NCBI GenBank assembly: GCA_002269645.1
Contig: NIVC01002540.1
Span: 5,875-69,874 of the forward strand
DNA: 64,000 nucleotides
Origin: Macrostomum lignano
Lineage: Eukaryota
Direction: 5' to 3'
Below are positions 11,277-22,421 of the stretch, one piece after another. The translations under genes were made by a program, and so were the position numbers. The notes beneath the pieces are model-generated. The model searched no databases. It saw only the letters and a program-made list of their open reading frames with translations, and was not told where the DNA came from. Each line of letters starts with the position of its first letter. The stretch's first letter is position 1.

Positions 11277-12428
11277 ATGTTTCCATCAGCGGACGGCGGC
11301 GGCGGCTTCACCCAGCAGCAGCAGATTCACCGCTACAGCTTGCAGCCGCCGCAGCCGCCGAGGCCGCTGAGCTACCGCGAGCAAAAGGCGGAGAAAACCA
11401 ACCAGTCGGAGGGCCAGAGGCTGGAAACGCGGCTCAGGGTGATGGAGAAAGAGCGCGAGCACAAACGCCATGTCGGGTCAGTAGAGAAGCGGAAGGTGCT
11501 TCGTCAGGTAGAGGAGATTCACCGAACTACCGGCTACAGCCCGCTGGGCGTTCGACCGGAGCGCGGCGACCAGGTGCTGCGCGAGTCCGCCTACTTCACC
11601 TCGGGCCGGAAGCTGAGCGAGAAAGCGCTCGGGCGATGGAAGCTGCACGAGGCGTCGGCGGAGAGGGCGCTGCGCCTCACCGGGGCGGAGGTGCGCCAAC
11701 GTCAGGACCAGCAGGATGCCCTCAACCACCTGCTGCTTGAGCTCGGCGTCATCGAGCGGCGCCGGCCAACGCTGGCCGCCTCCTCGGACGCGGCACCGTC
11801 CAGGCGTCTTCACAGTCGGTCACAGTCGACGCCGCCTGTCACCGGGAGCGACAACAGCGGAAGCGGCATTGGCAACGGCGTTTGGCAGGCACGAGCGGCC
11901 GCCAGGGCGGAAGCCGCGGCAGCCTCGGCGGCTGTGGCGGCAGAGGCGCCCAGCAACAGCCGGATGGTCCGGGCGGACGCGGTGGCCGCGCTGAGCCGCC
12001 TGGCGGACAAGCAGAGCCGGATGTTCAACCAGAGCGGCGAGCTGCTGCGCAAGGCCACCATTGGCGCGGGCGGTCGCAGCGCCTCGGCGTCAGCTGCTGC
12101 GGCGCCTCTGCCTGCCGCATCGGCTGCCAAAAAGGATGCCGACAATGATTCCGACACTGTTCAGTCAGACGATGATGACAGCCAGGACCTCGCTGAAGGA
12201 GCCGACGAGGAGGACGCTGCTGAGTCAGGTCCACAGTGGAAACGGCAGCTCAGATGCGAGGCGCCGCCTGGGTTGCACGAGCCGAGACGGCGGGCGGCCC
12301 GGGTGCAGCTGGCCGTGTCCCGGGCCAGCCTGAGGCAGCAGCTGCGGGACCTGGTGGCCAGCCAGAACCGCCCGGGTGACCTGAGGCTGCCGACCATGCG
12401 GGTGGTGCGCCGGTCCATGACAGAGTAG
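11277..12428 (+). CDS. Uncharacterised coiled-coil-rich protein (383 aa from ATG 11277)
   Basis: Long GC-rich open frame. ATG in AAAATG context just after an acceptor-like TTTCCGCTGCAG. Helical segments (RLETRLRVMEKEREHKR; RASLRQQLRDLV) flank Ala- and Asp-rich low-complexity linkers. Confidence 0.65.
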   Translation: MFPSADGGGGFTQQQQIHRYSLQPPQPPRPLSYREQKAEKTNQSEGQRLETRLRVMEKEREHKRHVGSVEKRKVLRQVEEIHRTTGYSPLGVRPERGDQVLRESAYFTSGRKLSEKALGRWKLHEASAERALRLTGAEVRQRQDQQDALNHLLLELGVIERRRPTLAASSDAAPSRRLHSRSQSTPPVTGSDNSGSGIGNGVWQARAAARAEAAAASAAVAAEAPSNSRMVRADAVAALSRLADKQSRMFNQSGELLRKATIGAGGRSASASAAAAPLPAASAAKKDADNDSDTVQSDDDDSQDLAEGADEEDAAESGPQWKRQLRCEAPPGLHEPRRRAARVQLAVSRASLRQQLRDLVASQNRPGDLRLPTMRVVRRSMTE

Positions 12429-12639
12429 CGCCCGGAATGTTGATAACTTAATTCTCAAATCTTGCACAAGCTGACAGTCTTTTATGCCCAGATTGTCCTT
12501 CAGATTGTCTTTGGCACTCCTCATTGCTCTTTTTCCCGGTTGCAGCTGCCTTACCAGCCAATTAGATTGTTTGAACTATTTACTTATCTAGGTTCCCCAA
12601 GCTCTTCAGATACTTGATAACGTAACTGTCTCACTCCGC

Positions 12640-12790
12640 CATGCAGCCAATCAGATTGCTCACAAGATGCCTTAATGACGTCACTGTCTCAAGCACTCCG
12701 CCAGCCAATCAGATTGTTCACAAGATGCCCTAATGACGTCACTGTCTCAAGCACTCCGCCAGCCAATCATATTGTTCACAAGATGCCCCA
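12640..12790. repeat. About 58-bp tandem repeat, 3 copies, each with CAGCCAATC
   Basis: Unit GTCACTGTCTCAAGCACTCCGCCAGCCAATCAGATTGTTCACAAGATGCCCTAATGAC. Confidence 0.85.
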
Positions 12791-13323
12791 GCATCCATGT
12801 TTTTGCCTGAGTGTAGACACCATTAGCATTTTCCTACTGTCGATGGTTGAAATTTGATACCCTCATACTGGTAAAGCCAGGTATTGACTGACCAATTAAG
12901 CCTTGTTTCACAAGAAGACACGGAATAATGCGTAACTGCCTAACAGAAACATTCTCCTTCTTGCTTTTGCCTTTGTCTACCTAAGAACCCTGCAAACGGA
13001 CTCGCTGCTCACTGCACTTCCTTAATCCCGAGCTTACTTCAGATTTTGTACTTTGTTTACACTGAGACTGCCTTGCTCATGAAATAGAAGCACTCCAAGT
13101 GTGATTGCAATTACTGGCAAGTTCGCTAGTCTCCATCGATCGGACAATCAAATCTGCTGTGAATTATTCAACTCAATTTTTGTGAGAGCAACTTCGCCTG
13201 ATGGCAGTTTGAGTAGAAAAATCCCATAAACTTGCTTCAAGTTGAAGCCAAGAAGAGAAGACGGGCAGTTTTTGAGGATAAATTCCAAAAAACTTTCATG
13301 AAGTCAGTCCTTGAGATTTGAAC

Positions 13324-16300
13324 TCATTTTTTAGCTATGTGGTTTATATTTCTCGGTCTCTCAATCGCTGGCTCAGATCCAGGACTACTGCTACAGGCTG
13401 GTGACGAACAGAGTTGGTGGTGGCCTGCCCAGCCTCGTTGACAGCTGCTGCAGCTGACGCTGCCTCTTTGGAACTCGCTGCCCGTGTTGCGGAGCTCGCC
13501 AGCTTCCCTGCCCTGGCGTTGCTGCTGTTGATGCTTTTGTGAACTTTGTTGCTGCTGTTGCTGTTGAGAATGCTGCCCTTGTGGTGTTTTCTGCTGTTGT
13601 TTTTGAGCATGGTACTGTTTCTTTATCCCTGTTTGACAGCTCCCTGAGTCCAATCCATTAGGTGCAGTTGTCTCCGTTAAACACCTGCAGGAACGTGAAG
13701 TGAAGGCTAGAAAGTACATGATTTTAATGCAACCGACCTTTCACGCATCTATCGCCTTGCTAGCTTGGCCCGTCCAAGCGATCTATTGCGCTGTCAGGCA
13801 ACTTATATAATACAGTTTAATTGCTGCATCATGAGGCTGCAAAACACAGAACTACAGTTTTTCAAGCTAGTAAAATAGGGGCTAAACAGGTAACACCGCT
13901 ATAAACAGATATTTCCACTTCTCAGCCAGACGTTTGCCAGCCTAATAAAAATTGCACCCATGCAGTATCGATTAATCTTTGGTTTTGAACATGTTCACTC
14001 TCGCCATGGCGTGAACTGTCGAACTTTATTCGGAACAGACAGTAAATGCATGCATGTACTTGCACTCGCCTTGTGCCGAACTGTTGCTGAAGGCTCCCGG
14101 CCGCAGAGCTGGCCTGAAATTTCGGGCTTGCAGGGCTGCATCCGCCCTTGCAGTTGCACCGGCGCTGGAGCACCTGGGCGAGCAGACCGGACAGTCGGCG
14201 TTGAAACTTTCCAGCCTCCGAGCTGAAGTAGCGCTGCTCCTCCATCAGCAGCAGTTCGTCCTGCTCACCAATGTTGTGCTCAACGAAATCGGCGCCCAGA
14301 ATCTCCTCTCGTATCGACATGCGGACCCCCATGGTCACTTTCAGAAGCTGAAGGAGATGGGCGACCGTTGATTCTCAGCTAAGATCCTCAGCACTGAGAC
14401 AAGATCCTCAGCCCTTAACCCTAATGCTCAGCCGTCCTGCCAGACTGCCAGAAACCACAATCAGATAAAAGAATCCAAATTGACAGAAGCCGCTCACCCC
14501 CAGCGACAAGAAAGTGATGACGGCACTCCAGCACCCGATGCACAGGCAGGTGAGCAGCTGCACGCCCAGCAGTCTGAGTCCACCGCCGTGGAACAGGCCA
14601 ATCTGCCCATTGTTCATGTTCTCCACTGTGTCAGTGTCTACAAACAGGCCGCAAGCCAGCATGCCCTGACCAGGACAGGTAGCATGGAGGCAAATTCTTG
14701 GACTCAAGAAAAGATAATTTAATTACTTACAGAAAAACCATCACACTGGCTGAACTCATATTCCCACTCACTTCAATGAAGTACGTTGAAAAGACAGCAA
14801 AAGTGTTACAGCCCATAACACAAGGCAAAAAAACGCACCAACTAAATCCATGGCAACACAATCCACAGCAGCACAACCCACAGCAGCAGCACAACCCACA
14901 GCAGCAGCACAACCCACAGCTACAGCACAACCCACAGCAGCAGCACAACCCACAGCAGCAGCACAACCCACAGCTACAGCACAACCCACAGCAGCAGCAC
15001 AACCCACAGCAGCAGCACAACCCACAGCTACAGCACAACCCACAGCAGCAGCACAACCCACAGCAGCAGCACAACCCACAGCAGCAGCACAACCCACAGC
15101 AGCAGCACAACCCACAGCAGCAGCACAACCCACAGCAGCAACACAACCCACAGCAGCAGCACAACCCACAGCAGCAGCACAACCCACAGCAGCAGCACAG
15201 GTCAAAACAGCAGCAGCACAACCCACAGCAGCAGCACAGCCCAACAGCAGCAGCACAACCCACAGCAGCACAACCCACAGCAGCACAACCCACAGCAGCA
15301 CAACCCACAGCTACAGCACAACCCACAGCTACAGCACAACCCACAGCAGCAACACAACCCACAGCAGCAGCACAACCCACAGCAGCAGCACAACCCACAG
15401 CAGCAGCACAGGTCAAAACAGCAGCAGCACAACCCACAGCAGCAACACAACCCACAGCAGCAGCACAGCCCAACGCACCCACAGCCCGCCGAATCCGTGC
15501 ACCGGGATGGCCGCTACGGGGTCGTCCAAGCGGATTTTGTCCAACAGAGGCTCCGCTAGCACAACAATGAGGCCGCCTATCAGGCCGATGATGAGGGCCT
15601 CCCAGGGCCGGACAATTGAGCAGCTTGCTGTAATTGTGACGATCGAACTCAACTGAGCAGGAGCAGAGTGGGGAAGCTTCTCAAATTACGGAGTAGATCA
15701 CAGAACTCACCGGTGACGGAGACCAGCCCAGCCAGAACGGAGTTCACGATGTCGTTTATCTCGAACTTGCCTTTGTTCATGAGAAACCTATTGTTGTGGG
15801 TTTAAACTTCTCGGCAATCAGATATACTAATGCATAGAAATGCCACCTAAAAAATCAAAACTGATCAACTTACGTGAAGCAGATTCCACTGAGCCCCCCA
15901 CCCATGGAAGCATTTAGTGTGGTCACAGCGGCCCTACAATTAGGAGAAAGTTATTGGCACTTTACCAATCAGCAATGTCACATCATTACTGACACTTTAC
16001 CTATCAGCAATGTCACATCATCACCGACACTTTACCAATCAGCAATGTCACATCATTACTGACACTTTACCAATCAGCAATGTCACATCACTACCGAAAC
16101 TTTACCAATCAGCAATGTCACATCATTACCGACACTCTACCAATCAGCAATGTCACATCATTACCGACACTTTATTAATCAGCAATGTCACATCATTACT
16201 GGCACTTTACCAATCAGCAATGTCACACCATTACCGACATTTTATCAATCAGCAATGTCACATCATTACTGGCACTTTACCAATCAGCAATGTCACATCA

Positions 16301-19300
16301 TTACCGACACTTTACCAATCAGCAATGTCACATCACTACCGACACTTTATTAATCAGCAATGTCACATCATTACTGGCACTTTACCAATCAGCAATGTCA
16401 CACCATTACCGACATTTTATCAATCAGCAATGTCACATCATTACTGGCACTTTACCAATCAGCAATGTCACATCATTACCGACGCTTTACCAATCAGCAA
16501 TGTCACATCACTACCGACACTTTATTAATCAGCAATGTCACATCATTACTGGCACTTTACCAATCAGCAATGTCACTTAAACGGCACTTAAAAGTGGATA
16601 AAGTTCGTTATCGAGAGCATCACAATCAGTCTGGGTTACTGTTGAAAACCCAAGCCAAACTCACTTGGCAGCCAGCTTCCACTTGCCGTTGGAGATGCCG
16701 AACGTGCTGCCGCAGTTGAACGCCAGCCAGCCCCACCTGTTCAAGTTGAAAAATTGACCCAGCGGTGAATTTTTGGTGAATACGAATTTTAGTCCTAGAG
16801 CCACTCACCACAGCATGAACATGCCAATCATGGCGTTTGTGGGATCGCCGCTCTTGGGAAACTCGCGGCTCGAGTCGTAGCGCCCCAGCCGGGGCCCCAG
16901 CATCCAGGCGGCCACGGCGGCCGACACGGCGCCGAGAAAGTGCACAGCCCGGAGCCGGCGATATCAACGCAGCCGAGACGGTGCAGAAAGCCGCGCCGGT
17001 CCCACACCCAGTGGGCCGGGATGCAGTACACCAGGGTGTTCACGAAGGAGAACACGATGTACGAGTCCAGGCGAGCTCGCTCGGCCATCGCGCCGGACAC
17101 TATGGTGGTGGCCGTGGTGGCAAAACTGCGGGGGCGTGAGAACATCATTTTGGGCGATTGACCTTTTCGGATGCTTGGCACTACGCGGTGCCAAGCAGTC
17201 CGAGACCGTCCTGCTGTACAGCACGGAGAACTGGAGAGCCGATGTGGCAATGCTGGAACAAAGCGATCGATTGTCAGGCGTCGTGACCAATGTCATCCTG
17301 GCCCGGTGACGGCGGCTGCCTGACTGGGCCAAGTCCCAGCGCGCGGTCCGGACGGAGCCTGTGCTGTTTACTCTCAGCTTTTTTGCTGTGTTTCCTGCAG
17401 TTTTGCTGCTGCTGATGAGGACGATATCCTACTTGACTCAAAGACATGTACTTTTCCTTCATCCATGGCAAGTACTTCATTCATCACTTCAAGAAGAGCA
17501 GCTCCTGCAAAGTTTCCTCCAGTTCGATGTAACACCACATCCTTCTTTCATCAGGCCCTGTAATCTCCTCTCGTTTTTGCAAAAACTAACCGATTTTTTA
17601 TTATACTTTTGCACCCGAAGTGTACAGGCAGTGAACCTGTCTTACTACTAGTAAGCTCGTACAAGTACGCTCGTAGTAGGTAAGCATTGGATTACCGGGT
17701 TGGAATATTCGAATTTTAGAAGTATTCATATTTTCAGATTACAATAAATTTTCATCGTTTTCAAGATTGTCATATTCATAACTTTTGCTCAGTTTCGCGT
17801 TCCTCGTTCCCGACTTCACCGTCCACAACTTCCACCAAAAACTTTCCCAATGAGCCCCGTCTCCCGTCTTGAAGAGCAACCCGAGAGCCGCTACCTCAGC
17901 TGGAATACGAAGGTGGCGAAGCTCGTGCCCATGTCCGGGGCCCCGGGGCTCCGGTCTACGAAGAAATCGCCCCAGCCGGAGAAGCCGCCCGCGTTGTCCT
18001 TGCCGAATGATAGCCCGTAGCCGAACATCCAGTAGGAGATGCCGCCGAACACCACGTCGACAACGTTCTTCACCATGATGTTTACCTGGTTCTTCAGTTG
18101 CACGTTGCCAGCCTCCAGCAGTCCGAAGCCTGCAGGAGAAAGTCAGCGGTGCAGCTTTTGTTCCTGACGATATTATGTTATTCAATAGATGAAATATATA
18201 TATTTATACGTAAAACTTTACAGCTAATGGCGAACTATTCATGAATTTTTGCCATATCTATTCTATCTGTCTCGCGCTGTCTTCGAGTAGACAAAAACGC
18301 TTTGCATAGCGGAGTGTGAGGATGACAGCGATTAGTCTATGGCCCAGCCCCATTACATAGCGATAGTCTATGGCCAGCCCCATTACATAGCGATAGTCTA
18401 TGGCCGGTCCCATAACCACGCTGGCAGAAACTGGACCTTTGTTTTTCGGCTTTAACTTGAAAAGTTTAAAATTTGGAAAATCTGAAGGCCCGAAATCCAA
18501 GTTCTGTTCCTGTAAATTCCGATTCCCGTGTATCGAGTCCCGATTCCCGTGTATCGAGTCCCGATTCCCGTGTGTCGAGTCCCGATTCCCGTGTATCGAG
18601 TCCCGATTCCCGTGTATCGAGTCCCGATTCACGTGTGTCGAGTCCCGATTCCCGTGTATCGAGTCCCGATTCCCGTGCATCGAGTCCCGATTCCCATATG
18701 TCGAGTCTTGATTCCCGTGTATCGAGTCCCAATTCCCATATATCGAGTCCCGATTCTCGTGTATCGAGTCCCGATTCTCGTGTATCGAGTCCCGATTCTC
18801 GTGTATCGAGTCCTGATTTACGTGTGTCGAGTCCCGATTCCCGTAAATGGCATCCCGATTCGCGAATTTCGAAATTCCCGAAATTGCATGTAAGAGTCTT
18901 AAATGTCTAATCCTTGATGTCTGCATCTAATCGCATATAACCGTGTCCGGATCTCAAAATGTCCTGAGTCTTAACTCCTGAATCCCAAAATGTCAAAAAC
19001 CTCAGGGACGTGCCAGGATCATCCTTGATCTCAATCTATGGTCTGCCGACCTACAACACAAGTCAATGTACTTGTAGAACCTTAGTCTCAAATGCATGCA
19101 TCATTCAATAATATCCCGTTTTAGGCGCTTTGGCTCTATAGCCTTCCCCAGGCTCACCGGACTGCATGGTGAAAATGATGAAGCTGCAGGCCAAAATCCA
19201 GGTGGCATCATCGTGAAGGACAACCTCGGTAGCAACAGTTGTTAGGGCCCGATCATTCGTAGTTATATTAACCATTGCACCGCCACTGCCAGGTGTGCTG

Positions 19301-19314
19301 TCCAGGAATGACAT
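13324..19314 (-). CDS. amt: Ammonium transporter (Amt/Mep family), multi-exon
   Basis: GT-AG exons 19314-19158, 18129-17895, 17125-16809, 16736-16665, 15933-15874, 15787-15711, 15627-15479, 14665-14498 and 14347 to about 14070, with a probable last exon at about 13684-13324. Hallmarks include FTMQSGFGLLEAG, FATTATTIVSGAMAER, DIAGSG-AVH, WWGWLAFNCGS and LDDPVAAIPVHG. One -1 frameshift lies at the CCC at 16948-16950. Confidence 0.93.
14860..15470. repeat. Intronic 18/15-bp tandem repeat (CAGCAGCAGCACAACCCA)n
   Basis: Directly visible in the amt intron; ends at the donor near 15478. Confidence 0.95.
15955..16577. repeat. Intronic 35-bp tandem repeat (TTTACCAATCAGCAATGTCACATCATTACCGACAC)n, about 17-18 copies
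   Basis: Directly visible; fills most of the amt intron between 16665 and 15933. Confidence 0.95.
18515..18860. repeat. Intronic 21-bp tandem repeat (CCCGATTCCCGTGTATCGAGT)n
   Basis: Directly visible in amt intron 1. Confidence 0.93.
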
Positions 19315-19319
19315 TGTGA

Positions 19320-20400
19320 GGTCTAGATATTCAGCTTGTAGATCCGTCTTGCGGAAGGTCTAGATCAGTTTGTAGATCTGGCTTGCGGAGGGTCTAGATC
19401 AGTTTGTAGATCTGGCTTGCGAAGGGTCTAGATCAGCTTGTAGATCTGGCTTGCGGAGGGTCTAGATCAGTTTGTAGATCTGGCTTGCGGAGGGTCTAGA
19501 TCAGTTTGTAGATCTGGCTTGCGGAGGGTCTAGATCAGTTTGTAGATCTGGCTTGCGGAGGGTCTAGATCAGTTTGTAGATCTGGCTTGCGGAGGGTCTA
19601 GATCAGCTTGTAGATCTGGCTTGCGGAGGGTCTAGATCAGTTTGTAGATCTGGCTTGCGGAGGGTCTAGATCAGCTTGTAGATCTGGCTTGCGGAGGGTC
19701 TAGATCAGCTTGTAGATCTGGCTTGCGGAGGGTCTAGATCAGCTTGTAGATCTGGCTTGCGGAGGGTCTAGATCAGTTTGTAGATCTGGCTTGCGGAGGG
19801 TCTAGATCAGTTTGTAGATCTGGCTTGCGGAGGGTCTAGATCAGTTTGTAGATCTGGCTTGCGGAGGGTCTAGATCAGCTTGTAGATCTGGCTTGCGGAG
19901 GGTCTAGATCAGCTTGTAGATCTGGCTTGCGGAGGGTCTAGATCAGTTTGTAGATCTGGCTTGCGGAGGGTCTAGATCAGCTTGTAGATCTGGCTTGCGG
20001 AGGGTCTAGATCAGTTTGTAGATCTGGCTTGCGGAGGGTCTAGATCAGTTTGTAGATCTGGCTTGCGGAGGGTCTAGATCAGTTTGTAGATCTGGCTTGC
20101 GGAGGGTCTAGATCAGCTTGTAGATCTGGCTTGCGGAGGGTCTAGATCAGTTTGTAGATCTGGCTTGCGGAGGGTCTAGATCAGTTTGTAGATCTGGCTT
20201 GCGGAGGGTCTAGATCAGCTTGTAGATCTGGCTTGCGGAGGGTCTAGATCAGCTTGTAGATCTGGCTTGCGGAGGGTCTAGATCAGCTTGTAGATCTGGC
20301 TTGCGGAGGGTCTAGATCAGCTTGTAGATCTGGCTTGCGGAGGGTCTAGATCAGCTTGTAGATCTGGCTTGCGGAGGGTCTAGATCAGCTTGTAGATCCG
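19320..20400. repeat. 34-bp tandem satellite (GTCTAGATCAGTTTGTAGATCTGGCTTGCGGAGG)n, about 31 copies
   Basis: 34-nt period measured (19381 to 19415); begins about 6 nt upstream of the amt ATG. Confidence 0.96.
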
Positions 20401-20590
20401 GTTTCTTTTCCTAAAGAAGCTAACTGTATTAAAATTATGCCAGCCAGCTCACCGCGCTGAGCCCCGCCCTTTGAGCATGAGTCAAACTCAAGCTGTGAGC
20501 ACGTAAAATTATAGGTAGTAATAATGGTAGAAACACGAGACGTCACGTACTTAGCAAGGTAATATGACACCCTCCGCACTACTGCTTTAG

Positions 20591-21647
20591 TGTAGAGTGT
20601 TCTACCTCCCATAAGAAGACATAAAAGTGTTAATGTACTACTCATACATTTTATTCAGTAGTAAGTTGAAGAGCATGAATAAAGGTATGCTTTGAATTAT
20701 AAGTTTATTCTGACTAACCAATAGGAAGAGAGAGACCTTGTGCATGTTAAATTTAGAAATCACCCAATCACGTGTAACCTGTACTTGTCAAACGCAAACC
20801 CCAGGAAAGATGCATCATTCAACTGTACGCACGTGACCCAATCAAATGTAACTAAAAATAACTCGAATGCGATGACCAATCACGCGCTTTTACACTGAAC
20901 CAATGGAATGACTTTCTACCCTGCCAAGTTTGACAGCAACCAAACCGTGACCTTTTTGACAGCTGAAGAGTTGGACTCACGTGACCTCATGGGGGTCCAA
21001 TTGCCTATAAATACAAGTGGTCCGGAACGGACCCGGAGCCAAAAAAATCTCCAAGAGAGAGAAGCTCCGAAGAGGAAGCTCTAGTGAAGCCTTCCTGAAG
21101 AAACTCGCGTCGTGGACGAGTTCTTGCGGTAAGCCTTACTCATTTGCGCCCGTTGGTTGAGACGTCTCGCTCAAGTCTATTGAGACTTGAGTTTATTTGA
21201 GTCTGTTGAGACTCCTGAGTCTGTTTAGACTCTACTGGTTGCAGTCTCCAGAAGGACTGCCCCTGATAGATCTTAGAAGACTATCAGTGGTTTCCGGAGC
21301 TATACCTAGAGTGCATAGAGGCACTGCTAGAAGGAGTAGGCTTATATTAAACCGCAGATTGGCGCAGGGTACCCATTGTTAATTTGGAAGCTTCCCATTG
21401 GTCCGCACTACAGATACCGGCCGGAAATACTTCGAAGGGAGAGAAAAGGAAACTCGGACCCAATCGACATCTGAAGACGTCTAAAAGTCTAAGAGATCTA
21501 CAGAACCGAACGACTCAAGAACGATATCAAGGAATCCGGATCAAGGTAATTGAATACCTTCATTTGATTACTGGGTTGCCTAGCTACAGAGCTAGAAGTG
21601 ATTGTTCCTTGATTACAGTTGAGGACTGGTAATAAGGAACGCCATCA
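20591..21647 (+). repeat. 5' LTR (1057 bp)
   Basis: Starts TGTAGAG, ends CCATCA; contains several CCAAT and CACGTG motifs and a TATA box (CCTATAAATA, about 21004). Confidence 0.97.
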
Positions 21648-21649
21648 AT

Positions 21650-21663
21650 TGGTGATCTCGCCC
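21650..21663 (+). promoter_or_regulatory. Primer-binding site TGGTGATCTCGCCC, possibly tRNA-Val
   Basis: Lies 2 nt after the LTR. Complementary to a tRNA ending GGGCGAGATCA-CCA, which resembles invertebrate tRNA-Val acceptor ends (recalled, not checked). Confidence 0.55.
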
Positions 21664-22421
21664 TCTCGGCACTACTCAAACTTTGAGCAATAGCCCTGAT
21701 CAAGCTATTGTAACGTGACGAAAGAGCGACTTCATTAATTTTGCGCGCACGTGTTAGAGTTAACACTTTTGAAGTCCGAACGTTTTGAAACTCGAGTAAA
21801 AATTTTGGTGTACAGGTTTGAGCACCTGTCAATTTTGAGTACAGTTTGAGCACGCGTGTAAATTTTTGTTTTAACGAGCTCGAGCAAGTGTGAGTTTAAA
21901 ATAAACCGAAAAACAAACCGAAAATAAAAAGAATCGTCGAAGCAAAACAAACAAAAAAATAACTAAAACATTTTACCGGCACAAAAACTAAAACAAAACC
22001 GAAAAACAACGTCCGGTACACTGAAAACAAACCGAAAAGTAATCAATACACACTAAAACAAAACCGAAATTAAAAACACTTGACGAAAGCTAAAACAAAC
22101 CGAAAATTGATAAAACGTGACAAGGCACGTCACAAAGACAAGAAAGGCCTTTGAAAAAAACAAGAAGACAAAGTCCACTTCAACGTGAAGATACACTTTG
22201 CGGGACGCCGCATAAGTGCGAAATCAGCAAGCGAACAGAACAAGTTCATTTGAGGACAACCAGTGGCAGCAAGCCACACCGCATTCGAGGCCAACGAATA
22301 ACAAATCGACACCACAAGGCAATTCGTTACAGTCGAAGTTTATTCCGAGGCAAACACCACACTGGACGATCCGTTACAAATCGATCCAGATCTTGAACTA
22401 CCGTTCTACCCTATCAACAAC

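Noticed and set aside
14698-16580. PolyQ/HNPQQQ, Cys-rich and SHHY-repeat ORFs
   Set aside because: They are intronic satellites of amt read in various frames.
21197-21632. Short ORFs in the LTR (repeated at 31071-31506)
   Set aside because: They have non-ATG or weak starts, no recognisable motifs, and are duplicated only because they lie in the LTRs.
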